Source of the DNA: Acanthaster planci
Lineage: Eukaryota
Reading direction: 5' to 3'
DNA: 64,000 bases
Assembly: GCF_001949145.1 (NCBI RefSeq)
Contig: NW_019091361.1
Location: forward strand, 1-64,000
Position numbers and translations under genes: made by a program. How positions within the stretch are numbered: position 1 is the first letter of the stretch; every line of letters begins with the position of its first letter. Of this stretch, positions 37,679 to 51,500 are shown piece after piece. The notes under the pieces were generated by a model, which saw only the letters and a list, made by a program, of their open reading frames with translations, searched no databases and was not told the DNA's origin.

Positions 37679-40600
37679 CTAGATTTCTTCGCAAAATGGT
37701 GCTTGACTGGCAGTTTTGAGGTAAAATTTTCCCCTTGCCAACGTGTTGACGGTACGATAGCCCATTACCGGACATCCCAAGACGCCACAGCTCTCACACT
37801 GCCCCGTAAGGAATTTGTCCCAACCACTACACGGGTAAGCCGTGAACTGGCATTCGGTTGACGGGATGCTTTCTGTGAAGTAGTACACGGCTCGAAAATG
37901 GCTGCACTTCAGCTCCGACTCGAAATCATCTAAGTAAGAAAACACATCATTCTATCGTTCTTAAACATCCTAAATTGTCAGTCAGAGCTTGACATAAACT
38001 AACTGCTAGCTGTCTCCCTCTCGCCTTTAGAAAATCATTCTTTGCATTTTGCCGTACTCTATAAATTTTCATTAAAATATACAGCATATTAATGTATATG
38101 CTTAACGATTGTGAATCCTCTTACTGTGCTGAAAATGCAGGGCTATCAAGGTCATTTTTGTCCTCAATTTCAAGACATAACAGAGGAAGATGTTTGTAAA
38201 ACCCGTTAAATAAAAAAGAATTGCATACTTAAAAGAATGTTTCTTACCCAGTTTGTCACTAACTGTTTTGGGACACCCTGGTTGCTCCTTGCCACCGTTC
38301 GGATAAAAATCAACGTGTCCAAGCTGAGTGGAAGAAGAAGAAGAAAGGCCTTCAAATGGGAATGATTTTCCTGTCTGCAATCAGTCTCACTTTTAATGAC
38401 ACGTCATAAAGTGGTTGTCTTTTATAAAGATCAGTCGAAGCGCGCCCTCTAGGGAAAACACTGGAAAATTAGAGTTTTTTGTTCCTTCGTTCTTGCTGTC
38501 ACAGTTGAAATATATTCTGCTGTGGGATTTGCGAAAAGAAAAGATCGTTTCGGGAAAGAAAAACGACATTTTGACAATGTCAAAAGACAGATGCAATTTG
38601 TCAGAATGGTTAAAGAAGTTAAAATTAAACCTTAATTGGTTAAGAAATTATTTACTGGTTGTTCGAGGCCCATGCCAAGCTCAAGGAGTGTCTCCCCGTC
38701 GGAGTGAATGTTATCAACAAATATGGCGTCTGTTGGGTCCAAGCGACATTTAGGATCATTGTTCTCAAAGTTCGGCCCAGCGGGATCGAGACCTGTATAA
38801 ACGACAGAAAAGTTGAAGGTATTTCTGTCAACTTTAAATTGTCAGCGTGCATTGCATGAGATGGTCGTAATAAGGAACTTTGGTAAAAACGTCAAACGGG
38901 AAAACTGAAGAAGTTTGTCAGCGGTTGTAGAAAAAGAGAAATTCAGCGTTGTACCTAAAAGCGCGTCATTGATTAATGAAGGTCTTTTCCCAGTAAGATA
39001 TGAGCTCCCATAGAATGCAAGCCCATCTTTCTATTTCAATGGAAGTGCTTAAAGGCTGAGTGCAGGATTTGCAAGATCTTAAAACGGGACTGTTAAATTA
39101 TTGTGAGATGTGTATGTGGCTTACACTGTGGACTTGAAATTCTGTGCGTGGCCAAACAGAGTTAAAGTTGAAGAAACGACATCTTTGCAATGATAATTGG
39201 GTCTACAGTGTTTTATTCATAAACACGGACTAATATTATTGGAAGTATAGACTGAACGGATATGGAAGGAGGACCGAGGGATATCTGAGAGATGACCGAG
39301 AGATGACTGACCATGAAACATTCTGGGTGATTATTTAGAGTGGGGTGCAGGCTTGGGGGTATAACTTCCTGAACCTTCAGACTTGTGGTTGTAAAATCAT
39401 GGCCTAAGTGTCTTGGGGAGTGGAGGTGCTACTTGAAAATCTACCACAAACGGGAACTTCTTCAAGATAATTTAAAGAAACTGAGTGGAAGTTGGATCAA
39501 GGATAATTTAATGATGAATTATTCTGAGCTTGCATTATCTTTAAACATCTTAGTGTAAAGAAATTACATGTACATAATAGTGTCAGAAAATCCGTGAAAT
39601 TTTACCGCCAGGAATGATGTCATTTTCGATAAAAGAAAATTTTGCATTTTTTTTCAAAGGTCGTTCAAATGTTCTTGATTTCAGGCTTGGTCTGCGTAGT
39701 GGCGCGCACCTAAGCTCTCCCGTTCTCTTCTCTTCTCTAGTGCGGTTCGGTTCGATTTGGTTTCGGTTTGGTTTGGTTTCTGAAAAAGAAGATATAAACC
39801 TACATCTTGGCTCCGATATATGCCTTGGACAGAAATGCACGCCCAATTGGGCGTTCGTGGGAAGTGCTCGTTTCGTTGGTAGCAATACCACCGCAACGCT
39901 TACATGGCATAGTTTTTCGTGAACCGGCAAAGTGCCTCCGTTGCTGGGAAATTGCGCCCTATCTTAGTCCCTCCCAGGGCGGATAGCCGTAGACTTACAT
40001 ATACCTCCCCGTTCCTTTGTCGGGGGGGGGGAGCTTGCAGATATGAGCTTTGGGGGGATTCCCGTCCATGATATCAGTGGTAGCAAACTGATTATCTTTA
40101 CTAGAGGTATACGTTACCTGTGATTCTTGCAATGCCGGGCTGATAGGCCCCAGCGTAACCAGCAATATGCGCCCCTAGACTGTGACCAATAAGATGCACT
40201 TGGTCGAAGCTGGTCCCCGTCTCTGTGTTCAGAAACTGAATAAACCTGGCAATTACCCTGCCAACCACCCTTGTATTCTGAACTGATTGGGTGTACAGGT
40301 TCCTAGCACCCGCTGCCCAGTCTACCAGGAAGATGTTTAGGTTCCCCTGTCAATAGAGAGACGATGAGTCACATTGTTTTTAACTCACATTGTGTACGCT
40401 TGTGCAGGCTAAGTATGTGTGCTTCACGGTTAACGATGATTCAAGGAAGGATTAGTGTCTATTAGTGTCAGAAAGACAGACAGACTTAGCCGCTCTAAGT
40501 TTTTCTTACTGGCTCATGCAGCACTTTTCTGTACAATATCCATTTGAGCCAATGATAAATGGCTGCCAAAGGTATGTTAAAATTATCCAACACAAGTATG

Positions 40601-43600
40601 AAACATTCATATATGAATATGTATCAGGCATCCGTAAGAGTATATTATTATTTCTGCACACGCATATCATTTTCAAAATTAGCATGCAGACGAGGGCAAA
40701 TGGAATGGATCTGTTGGATTCAGTGCTAACTCTTTCACTGACTCCCGCTGGAAGGCAGATCACAAACACGATCGCGATGTTTTGGCAGAACACGTGAGAA
40801 ATTGGTGTTTCCGAATTGACAAGCCAGTGGTTTGGTAGACCGTCACGGTGTTCACGTACATTATTTGCGAAGTCAAATAATGAGGGGACCGTAATTCCTC
40901 CAATCCGATTTGGTTGTAAACACTTACTGCTGCCAGTAATGCATCTTTCATCTCTTCCATCCATTCAGATCTAGCCCCTTTCTCTGTGAAGCCGTGGATT
41001 ACAAACACTGTGTTTCGAAGCTCACTGAACGTGGAGTACTGCAGTGATGATGGGTCTGTTCGATCCACCTATGTGAACGTCAGATATTTTATCGTGTTGA
41101 CAGTATAGGCCTATTTTCTATTTGGGAAGATATAAACCAATCATCAGTAAAGTAAAAGAAGCCAAGCAAATTCGGTAACCCATCTGAGTCAACACCAGGC
41201 TATATACATGTATTTCAAAATGTTCAATAGAAACAAATAACCTCATATATACCAATATTGCCGATAACAAACATACCGTTGTTTTACTTTTGCACATAGG
41301 AAGTTGTTGTGTGACTTTGGGCAAAGTAATAATATTTCTTTTCGGTTGTAAGAACAAAGCAGTTCTAGCTAAAACCTTTCCTTCTGATGTTTGCAACATT
41401 CAAATAAGTGTTTTCAGATAAATCATATACGAGCTTTATATGTACTGGTCCTTAATAATCAATACAAATACATGAAACAATGATAGTTTAAGAAGAAAAA
41501 AAGATAAGAAAAAGAAAAGAAATAAATCAAAAGAACTGTTTTGCGTCTCTCCAACTTACGTTGCTGGTGATAATTTTTCGAACTTTTGCTTAAAAATACT
41601 TTGAAAAACAGCAACTCAAACAATCAAGTGTATGTTCAGTTTGGTCTAACCGATTCTCCTAAGAAACCTAAAAGTATGCCACAGTTGCCTGTTGAAAAAC
41701 ATGCCAATTGCTGTTATGTTTTGTCGTCCCAAAATCAAAAAATTCTAGGATTTTGGTTCTTTTCTGGGACAACCTGTAAAATCCTGCCTTGGAAAATTGT
41801 CAACGAATGGACAGCTTGTACAGAGCATTGGTTTGCTAGCACGCATTTATTGCTGCTGCCGGCGGAGGGCCTCTATGGAACGCCAAATGTACCAAAACAT
41901 GATGTTACTCTGTGAAAGTAGTTTGATCATGTTCTCAATCCATAATGTGAAGTTGTCAATCCATTATGTGACGTTGTCAATCTATCATGTGAAGTTGTCA
42001 ATCCATCATGTGACGTTCTCACTCTATTATGTGATGTTGTCAAACTATCATGTGAAGTTGTCAATCCATTATATGTCTCAATGCACCACGCGGGGTGCTG
42101 TCCCTTTAAATGTTGAATTATACGAAGTAGTGAACCATTTGCATTAGGCCTATGTGAAGTCATGAATCCATTGTGTTGTCAGCGAATTACGTGGTGTGGT
42201 CAAAGCATTATGACACCGTTCCACTTGTGGAGCTATCCCTGTGTACGGGCCGTGGTAGTTTTCTAGTTCTGTGGACTAGGCCAAAACGTGGACATGCAGC
42301 ACACAAGCAGCATGGATCCTATAATAAAGATTTTGGAGTGACACATCTGTTGTCAGAAATTTTAATGGAAAACCTTAGTAAACATTTTGCACCTTGATAA
42401 GATCAATGTCAATCGATAGCTATTTTATACAAGCAAAGCTATTTTGGGAAACTGTGGTATCTAAAAAATCTGTGAATGTCCTGCATCTATAGCCGCGCTG
42501 AGGAGATTGTATCAGAGGGGTGGTACTCAATAGTTCCATTATTTCGGGGGCTGCAGACAGATTTTAAAATATTGATTTTCAATTTTACTTTCATTTTATT
42601 TCATTGTATTTATAACCAAATCCTTTTAATAAATCATACATTTTTCTCATATCAACCGTTGCGTATGTATTTACTCAAAGAGAAGTTAATGTTTTTAGCC
42701 AGTTATTTAATAGTCAACATGTGTCAGCGATGATCTCAGATTTACAAAACAATGTTTAAGGAACAACCAAACTTAAAGACAAGATACCATCAGGTTGATT
42801 AAAAAACTTCTAGTATGTACATACGTTCACGGGGAAGGGTCGTAAGTGTTCATGTCGCCTCTACGTCCCGGTGATAAATTGAATTGAGTGCTTTTCAAGA
42901 CTTGTCTCAAAAGGGCGTTTTCTCTTGAAAAGAAAAATAACAAGGGAAACCTGTCTGTGCGAGCAAAGTTTAAAGAATAATCAGTTGACTTTATTTAAGA
43001 AAAGATTTCAGGATTCTTCCAAGAAGGTTGCTGTTGTAAATGAGATTTGTCATCAGCGTCAACAAGGCTACTTTTACTACTTTACTACTTTCAAAAAAAG
43101 TAAAGCATATGCAGCTTCATGAACGAGGGCTCTGCTCACTGATGTACTCTAGGTTTTTGCGACCAGCATGGGGAGAGAATTCCCTGGTGGTGATACCTAT
43201 GTATGTGCATATTGAGCTTCCTGGAAAGTGTAGGCTATGTCAAGTTTTCATAGACTTCAGTGTTGTGAGTTACTAGGAAGTCGTCACGATCTCCTGCAAG
43301 GCCGCCCATTTGCCAACACCGTTGAACACATAACTTGCCCACAGGCTCATTATAGGTTGCCCAGTGTAGAGAGCTGAAGTTTCAAAACTTGTATCTGACA
43401 TTCGACGTCGCGCGTGTAGCAGCCCATCTTTTACATTCCTGTGCCATGTTTGTGCGCCAAGATATTCATTTTCGCTGCCGGATTCTTTGTTTTTAGGGAG
43501 GGTCTGTTTTGACGCTGAATGTCTTACTTGTGAGTAGCACTGTCATGGTAAAGCAGAAGAAAGAACAGCGAGATCTCTTTCTTGGTTTTAGGGCACTTGC

Positions 43601-45605
43601 TGGGTTGACACAAGTCCTACCTTTTTGAAGAAGGAAGGTTTAATCCTATTTATTTATTTGCTTGATTGAAGTTTATGTCTAAAGAAATCCAAATCTATTG
43701 AGTTTGTCCACATCTGGTTACATCTTTCTACACCTCCCTCTTAATTAATCTGCCGAATACTGACAAAGGTGGGCTGAATCTCTTGGAAGCTACTAAAATG
43801 TTTCCGGGAATACTTTTTAAGCCACTTGAGTATTTAGTTTCTATATGCTGAACCGTTCGCAGTAACGAGATCGAGGAATGTGACGAGCCTGGAACCATAC
43901 TATTATTAACAATCACTTTATTTATAATGTATTCATTTGTTTAGCTTAATGTCACGGTTTCTCTGTAGTGAGCGATGTGTGCACTAGCATGTGTTAAGGT
44001 AAACAACAATGTAATATTACTCCTGAAATTGTCATTGTTTGTTTCGCATTTAGAATGCAGATGTACAACATGCTAAATGATGAACATAACTAACACGCGC
44101 CATGCTTCTTCACAGTTCTGATTGTACGTACATGTACCTTTTTCCTTATGATCAAAGCTTGCATCATCCTTTAAGACGTTCTCATTGATAGTGATCCTAT
44201 CATTAGTTCCGTTTTTGTGAGGCTGAAGTTCGTCCTGCTATTGTGTTGCATGGCCACGGTTCGGCTGTACCCAAAGCAAACTACCACGGCCCGTACACCT
44301 GCGATAGCTCCACAAGTGGAACGGTATCATAATCCTTTGACTACACCACGTAATTCGTTGACAACACATAATGGCTTGACAACTTCACATAATTCAACAC
44401 GGGCTATGTAAAGGGACGCATTGAGAACGTCACGAAATGGATTGAGAACCTCACATAATGGTTTGACAACTTCACATAATGGATTGACAACTTCACATAC
44501 TGGTTAGCGAACTTCACATAATGGATTGACAACGTCACAGATGGGATTAAGAACTCCACATAATAGAGTGAGAACTTCACTTAATGAATTGGCAACTTCA
44601 CACAATAGAGTGAGAACTTCACGTAATGGATTGGCATCACACAATGGACTGAGAACATAATAGATTGAGGACACAATCAAACTACTTTCACAGAGTACCA
44701 ATATACTTTGGTACATTTGGCGTTCCATAGGTCTCCAGCAGAGCGCCCTCATCCCTTTCTTTTGTTGTCGTTCGTGGAGCAGTGCAGTTACTTGACCCTA
44801 ACGTTGTTTGCACAATTGAGAGTTGGACATCCCGCTTGTGTGTACCCCTTCTGACTTTTTCAAGTCCTGGAAGACAAGGGTTTCAAAATAGTTCTGCCTA
44901 CAGTACGAATTACCTTCTGTATACAGGTATTTACTTTGGTGGAGATTCAACAAAACATATAAGTACTTTTGCAGTTACCAGAATAGTTTGTATACTCTTT
45001 GATCGATGTGGCAATTGTAGCATGAATCAGAGGTTCGTTTAATTTTTCCCCAATATTCAAAATGAGTGCAAAGTTGTCACTCGCAGTGGTGGATAGGTAT
45101 GTATCTTCATCCCTGAGTTTCCAGCATTGCTTAGACACAACTTCAGAGAAGAGGAGGCAATGAAAAGACTACCTTCATGTACAGGCTTGGGTTAAGTCGA
45201 GTATAAAGTAGAAATTCAGTGTTGATGTACTCAGGAGATTTGGGAGGGAAACGAAAGAACACATCGAATGGTGCCTCATTCGTAAAACAGCCTATGTCGC
45301 CATAGCAAATCTCCTCGGCAATACCTTGAAAACACAGTAACGAATAGATGGAATTAGATAACCAAACCCAATCAAATGTTTCGAACTGCGACCTGTGCCC
45401 CCATCTTGGTAAGCATCCCATGCAGGCGACTCAGACTTGACAGACACATAACAAATATTTCAAAATTCTCAAAACTGTATTGGCCTACTTGTTTCACGCT
45501 TTGTTTTTTTTAATCGATACACAATTAAATGACGCTATACTCACCCGTAGTTATCAGACGTTCAGCCATCCAAACGAACAAGAAATGTGTAAGAATGCGC
45601 ATCAT
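37679..45605 (-). CDS. Pancreatic lipase-related protein (lipase A), catalytic domain only, 7 exons, ~348 aa
   Basis: Exons (minus): 45605-45545, 45324-45173, 41068-40928, 40346-40118, 38792-38656, 38323-38248, 37929-37679; GT-AG and in frame. Motifs [23 protein letters not shown] (Ser), [10 protein letters not shown] (Asp), [17 protein letters not shown] (His), ending APFCEEI*. Confidence 0.9.
41872..44731. mobile_element. Foldback-like inverted repeat pair (~400-450-bp arms with 21-bp internal subrepeats) in lipase A intron 2
   Basis: 41872-42261 and 44278-44731 are reverse complements, from CTATGGAACGCCAAATGTACCAAA to GTACGGGCCGTGGTAGTTT; each arm holds tandem TGTGAAGTTGTCAATCCATTA units. 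Confidence 0.8.
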
Positions 45606-46061
45606 TGAAAATGTCGAAGGATTTTCATTCGCTCTGTGAAAGCTGCAACAAATTATGTCTGATACTGTGTCAGAAATCTTGTTTCATGAAGAATGTACTT
45701 TATAAGGCCAGTTCTTAGACACGTTATTAGAACAATGGGCACATTATTAACTTCCTGGGGGTTCGCAAACCAAAATGATTTCAGGAGATACGGACCGTCT
45801 ATTTCTGGAACAGTGCTGTTTGCAAAACTTATTGTTAATCTGTTGTTATTTAACGAAGGAAAACATTCATATCAAGTGAGTTAGTAAAAATATTTTAATC
45901 TACTTCCGTATTGATTATATCAAAATGAACTGTGGGCGTTTATTAGGAGAAGTGTAGAACCTCTTGTTACCGGCTTGAAAGCCTATTTTTTACTCTCAAT
46001 CAACAAGCAAAAATTTTAAACGTTACGGCATTGGCAGTTACCGAGATTTTCGCAATATAGA

Positions 46062-47910
46062 TAATAATAACAATCATAATGCCTTCTTAAAAAGCGTCTT
46101 ACATTGTAAAACAATCTCAAGGCTCCTTACAATTAGTTAAAAATTGCATAAAATGGAAGTTTATTTTAGTGAATTACATAAAAATTCTAAACTCGGCTAC
46201 ATGCAGTTGTAATCAATTATATAAAAAAACACTAAAAGTTACAAATGCATAAAAGAACTAAAGTAAAATAGGAATTAAACTTCAGTTAAATTGAAAAAAG
46301 ATAAGATTAGGACTACTAATTAGGTAAAATACTGTTCAAAGAGGTGAGTTTTCAGTGAAAACTTAAAAGGTTCAATATAGTGGGTTTAATGTGGATCGAG
46401 ATTAGGAGTTTATTTAAAAGAGGCGTGGTGCAGCGACAGCAAACGCACGGGCCCCATAGAACTCAGTGTTATACTTGAACTCTATAAATCGGATCTCATT
46501 TACTCCCTGACGTGTACATCTACTCGGGGTCCATTTAGTTAAAACTTCACAAAGACACAGAGGTGCTGAAACCTTGATACCAGTTCGATTAACGAGACAA
46601 GCGGCTGAGTTTTGGAGAAGTTGAAAACGATGAACGAGAGATACTGGGAGGCCATACAAAATGCCATTACAATAATCTAGACAAGAAATAACAAAAGCAT
46701 GAATAAGACGTTCTGTGCAAGTGCGGCTTAAAAACTTTCGAATACGACTAATGATTAATACGATAAAGAGAAAATGATACCGACTGACAAAGCTTCGAAA
46801 TGTGAACGTCCGTTGATAAAACCGTAGTATCAAAGTAAATGCCCAGGTTCCGAACAGAATTACAGCAGGTAACAGTTACACTCCCAATATTCAATGATAC
46901 CAGTTTTTCTGCCTGTTTGAAATTCGAGTGAAAGTGAATCATCTCAGTTTTACCTTCGTTGAGTGCAAGCTTATTGGCTGCCATCCAATTACTAACATCT
47001 TTCATACATTTCACAATGGAACTAACTGAATCTTGGGCTCTGGAACATGTGAGGTACATTTGAGTGTCAGCATGAAATATACAATCAAGTCCACGGGAAG
47101 AAACAATATCCTCGATTGGTGAAGTTGTACAATGTCAAAAGCAAATTAAAGGACCGTGTAAACTGCCTTGTGGCACGCCATGTAAAAGTGGAGACGGAGG
47201 AGATAAAACGTTATCAACAAAATAACAGATGACGATCGCTCAAGTATGATTTAAACCAATCGACAGCGACACCGGTGATGCCATATTGATTTGACATTCT
47301 TGAAAGGAGTACATTATGGTCAATAGTGTCGAAAGCTGCCAAAAGGTCAAGTAAAACCAAAACGACTTCTCTTCGTTTATTCACAGACAATAGGATGTCA
47401 TAAACTCTCAATAAGGCGGTTTCAGTGCTATGAAACTTTCTGTAAGCGGATTGGAAGTTTGTATACAAATTGAATTCCTGCAAATGGCTGTGTAATTGAT
47501 GCATTACAACTTTCTCAAGCACCTTACTATTGAATGGAAAGTTGACACTGATCTAAAATTATGATAAATCATTGAAATCAAAACCAGGTTTCTTTAGAAG
47601 TGGATGTAGTGGCAATATGGAATACTGCCTGAACAAGAACTGACAAAACTATTAGAGATGACACCATTCCTACACAATTCAATACCTCTGTGCGAATTGG
47701 ATCAGTTATTGCACAAGATTTAGTTTTCATTGACATAATGAGTTCTTCAATGTCTGATTCCATGACTGGCTGAAACTGGGAGGAGTGGCTTATGGTGGTT
47801 TCTGAAGTATCTAGCTGACTGCTATCCGAGAATTGTTCCCGATTTTTCATAATTTTCTGAGAAAAATCTGAAAACTTGTCGGCATGAGCAACGCGTCATC
47901 ATGACGTGGA
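46062..47910 (-). mobile_element. 5'-truncated, decayed L2/CR1-group LINE (RT domain to 3' tail)
   Basis: Minus-strand fragments KTKSC..DPI, LEKVV, QSAYRKFHSTETALLRV, LLDLLAAFDTIDH, GVPQGS, HADTQMY (YADD region), WMAANKLALNEGKTE, LDYCNGILYGLP, RAFAVAAPRL; (ATT)n-like tail near 46062; many frameshifts. Confidence 0.92.
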
Positions 47911-48561
47911 AGTCACTATCTACAATAATAGTTATTATTATAATAATAATTTCGGAGAAATTCGCAATTGACCAAAATTTAATTCAGTTTAAACAAATAT
48001 TCGATACGATCGAATTTATACAGTAGAGTATACTTAAATTATCACCACCCAATTAGGGGAGCAAAAAACCTTTTATTGATTTTTTATTTCCATATTGGGT
48101 GAAAGGTTTCATACTGCAAAACGAAACTCATTTGGTACGGGCATAACTTGACCTCTGCCCTGATGATGTCCATTGGAGCACTTCTTTTGGATACCTGTGA
48201 ATAAGGAGATTTTCCCTTTTCTGGGGGATGTTGTTTCACCATACGATAAGTTACCACGATTTTTTTATGGACTATCTTCACAAACTGCGGCTTTCACACG
48301 TTTCTCATCTCCCGATTATCATTTACGCAAAATGACAATTCGAAGCTTAGTCAAATAATCAACCTTGAAAAGGTTTGCCAGATGCCATTGGATTAGGCAA
48401 GCAGTTTCTTTCACACCGATAAGCAGTCATATTTTATCCATCCAGTTAGTGTTCTTTGCATTCTATCCCAGCGGAATAAAACAGGTTCTAGTGTTTCTGA
48501 GGCCCCTCAGTCCAGCAATATAATTGGCTCTTTCACCATTTCTCGATTTCTATTTGCCGGC

Positions 48562-51500
48562 ATGGCTCGTCTGTTATTTGTAGTTTTATGCTTGCTCTTT
48601 TTTTCTCGACATCAGGGTAAGCAGTTCAACATTTACTTTTCGCGACTTCATTGTTGCGTGCTGGCACTAGAAGGACTTTTTATGATGTTTCAATTATTAC
48701 ATAGCAAGATTTTTGTCATCGCATTTATTTTTAACTAAAGCAAAATTTTTGTATGACTTTTGTTAATGTGGTCACCATATTTTTTATTTCCCAACATGTA
48801 TCATTAACCTTAGTAAAAACTTGTTCAACATTTTGCAACTGTTTCAGTTCAAGCGGAGTCTGTTTGCTACGATGATCTTGGATGTTTTTCGAACGAAGCA
48901 CCCTTCGATGTATTCAATAGTTTCCCGCCAAAGAGCCCGGAGTTTATCAATACAGAATTCTTATTGTATACACGGCTGAATAGAGGTCGGTACATAAAGG
49001 TATGAAGAGGTACCACTATACCAACATAACCTCGCCCCTCCGTATAGCAGAGAAGACGGGGTACCTGACAGAATGGGAAATAGGATGTAGCCTTTTAAGG
49101 AACAGGCTATTTGGGTTTTGTTTCAGTTTCGTGTCTTTTCCTTTTTTGTGGGCAGGCTTGGTTCAAAGATCTACAGATTCCAACGAAATGATTGAAAAGA
49201 ATTGTATGAACCAGCCAAGATATCTTCATTTGTATTTCAATCTGAACATCAGGAGTGGAATTGATACCCTGAGTGAAACTTTCTGACGTGGGGGAACTGG
49301 AAGTTATTGTGGAAGACATAGTGATATTGATGTGCCAGCTTTTCCTTCTGACCCAACTAGGTCGATAGAGCTGACCCTAACTCCCTCCATTCCTCTACCT
49401 TTAATTCGGGGAGAAGGACAGTATTCATTATCCATGGTTTCACCGAAAAAGGATCTGATTCACTGTGGATGAGCGACCTCAAGGAAAAACTACTCACAGA
49501 GGTATAGTTAGATGCTCGCTTTATCGCGTTTACGTAGCACATGATAAAATTGTTTATTACATCTGTGGAAAGAACATTCAGTTTTAAGCTTGAGATTTTG
49601 ATAGTTTGTGAATTTGAGCAGAAAACATTTGAAAGTTAACAGAAAGCCGGCTCACCATCATAACATTCTTTTAAATGGGTTTCTTTTCCTGTAGCAAAAC
49701 TTGAACGTATTTCTAGTGGACTGGGGCAACGGGGCAAGGAACCTGTATGGTCAGTCCGTGCAAAACACACGCGTAGTCGGCCGTGTTGTTGCCAGATTTA
49801 TGCAGTTTCTAAACAGCGAGACGAGTGCTACATTTGCCGATATGCACATTATTGGTCACAGTCTCGGTGCGCACACCGCCGGCTTTGCTGGAGCGTTCCA
49901 ATTTGGAATCGGCAGAATCTCAGGTAAGTCTGGCTTACTGCTACTCCCATAAGGCCACATTCTTTTAAGTTTAGTTGTAATGCTTATGAGGAAAGGCTTC
50001 AAAATTCACAGTTTTGTAATTTATTTATTTATTTATTTACTTTATTTATCCAGGGTATGCAAAAAAAATTTACTAAAACTGGGTTCCATTGGGGCCCTGC
50101 AAACACTCATAAAAATGATGCATATACAATAACACAAAACTTAAAAATAAGACACCTTCACGATTGTATATACAAACCTTAAATCTAACAGGGTACACCA
50201 AAACATACGGAACGTCAACATGATGAATTTTTTTTAAAGACAAAGCGCACGCAAAATGCACAATAAACGAAAAACAAAAAGTATTACACTCCAACAATAA
50301 CACTCATGCCTATTTCGGAAGAGCGAAAATCCTACCAAACCAAACCTTTTCTTGTGGGGAAAAAACAGGAGAATTCCCTTCAAGGTCCTGAATGAAAACT
50401 TAATTTAAAGCGACCAAGTCGCACGACTCCTTAGATTCACCTTTCCTCCCTTAAATTTACAATCCATAGATGTTATGTACAATGTATATTTTTGACGAAG
50501 TGCCGATTTGAATAGAAGAAGAAATAGTTCTAAGTTGTGCATTAAGATTATTCCAGATAACGGCGCCAGATACAGCAAAGCTTGAGGCATAAGAATCCTT
50601 GTGTGCAAAAAGAATTTTTAATTTGTGTCCTCTCAGCAGATTGCCGAGTTTGACCTTGAGCATGTGGCGTAAATAGACCCGTTAATACTGCGGGGTCAGA
50701 GAATTGATATTTTTAAAAACAAGAACAGCTTTCTTATAATGAACTCTCGCTGGATACTGAAGCCAATCAAGTTTTTGAACATAACAGCTGCATGAGGGAG
50801 TTTGAAAGTCACATTTTAGTACTACTCTCGCTGCACGTTTGAGGCATTTATTTAAGCCAGCGATTTGTATCGGTCATCCCGCACTGTGCAACAGTAATCT
50901 AGACTAGGCATGACTAAACTTAAATACACACGTAGAGTGTACATCTAGCTTTGTGTAACACAGTCCCGAATTGTCTTTAACATGGCTAGTCTCGAAGAAA
51001 CTGTCTTTTTTACATAATCGACATGCTGATTCCAAGTTTAATCAATAATAACACCCAGGCGTTTAAACGATTTTACTTTACACACCGGGGTATTATTGAT
51101 ATGTTTGTTCGTCTCCCAAGTGCCAACCTTTTTCTTTGAGCTTATGAGCATGCACTTGGTTTTACTGGCATTGACTTTGACTTTACTTTGGATGGACCAC
51201 TAATGAATCATAGCTAATGATATGTTCAAGTTATTTTCATTTTCAGCAGTTCTTGTTGACGGAAAGTCTTCGATTTGACGTCTACCTGCTCGCTCCCTCC
51301 TCTGTTTTCCTGTTGTCTCATAATTTCGACCGGTACTCACTATTGTACAAAGTTATCATTAAGGCTACGGAAACTACCGAAGCATTTAAATTAATTTAAA
51401 ATAATTTAATTCGTGCGACAGTATATTAAAGTAAATTTGTCCCTCGATTGCCATGCTTTGACCCAGCTGGTTCATAAAATAACTAGTAATAGAAATACGT

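Noticed and set aside
39583..39930. ORFs on both strands in lipase A intron 4
   Set aside because: They overlap low-complexity (CTCTT)/(GGTTT) repeats and show no recognisable domain.
41797..44752. Two short ORFs sharing MERQMYQ and 7-residue periodicity
   Set aside because: By-products of the inverted arms and their 21-bp subrepeats; no coding evidence.
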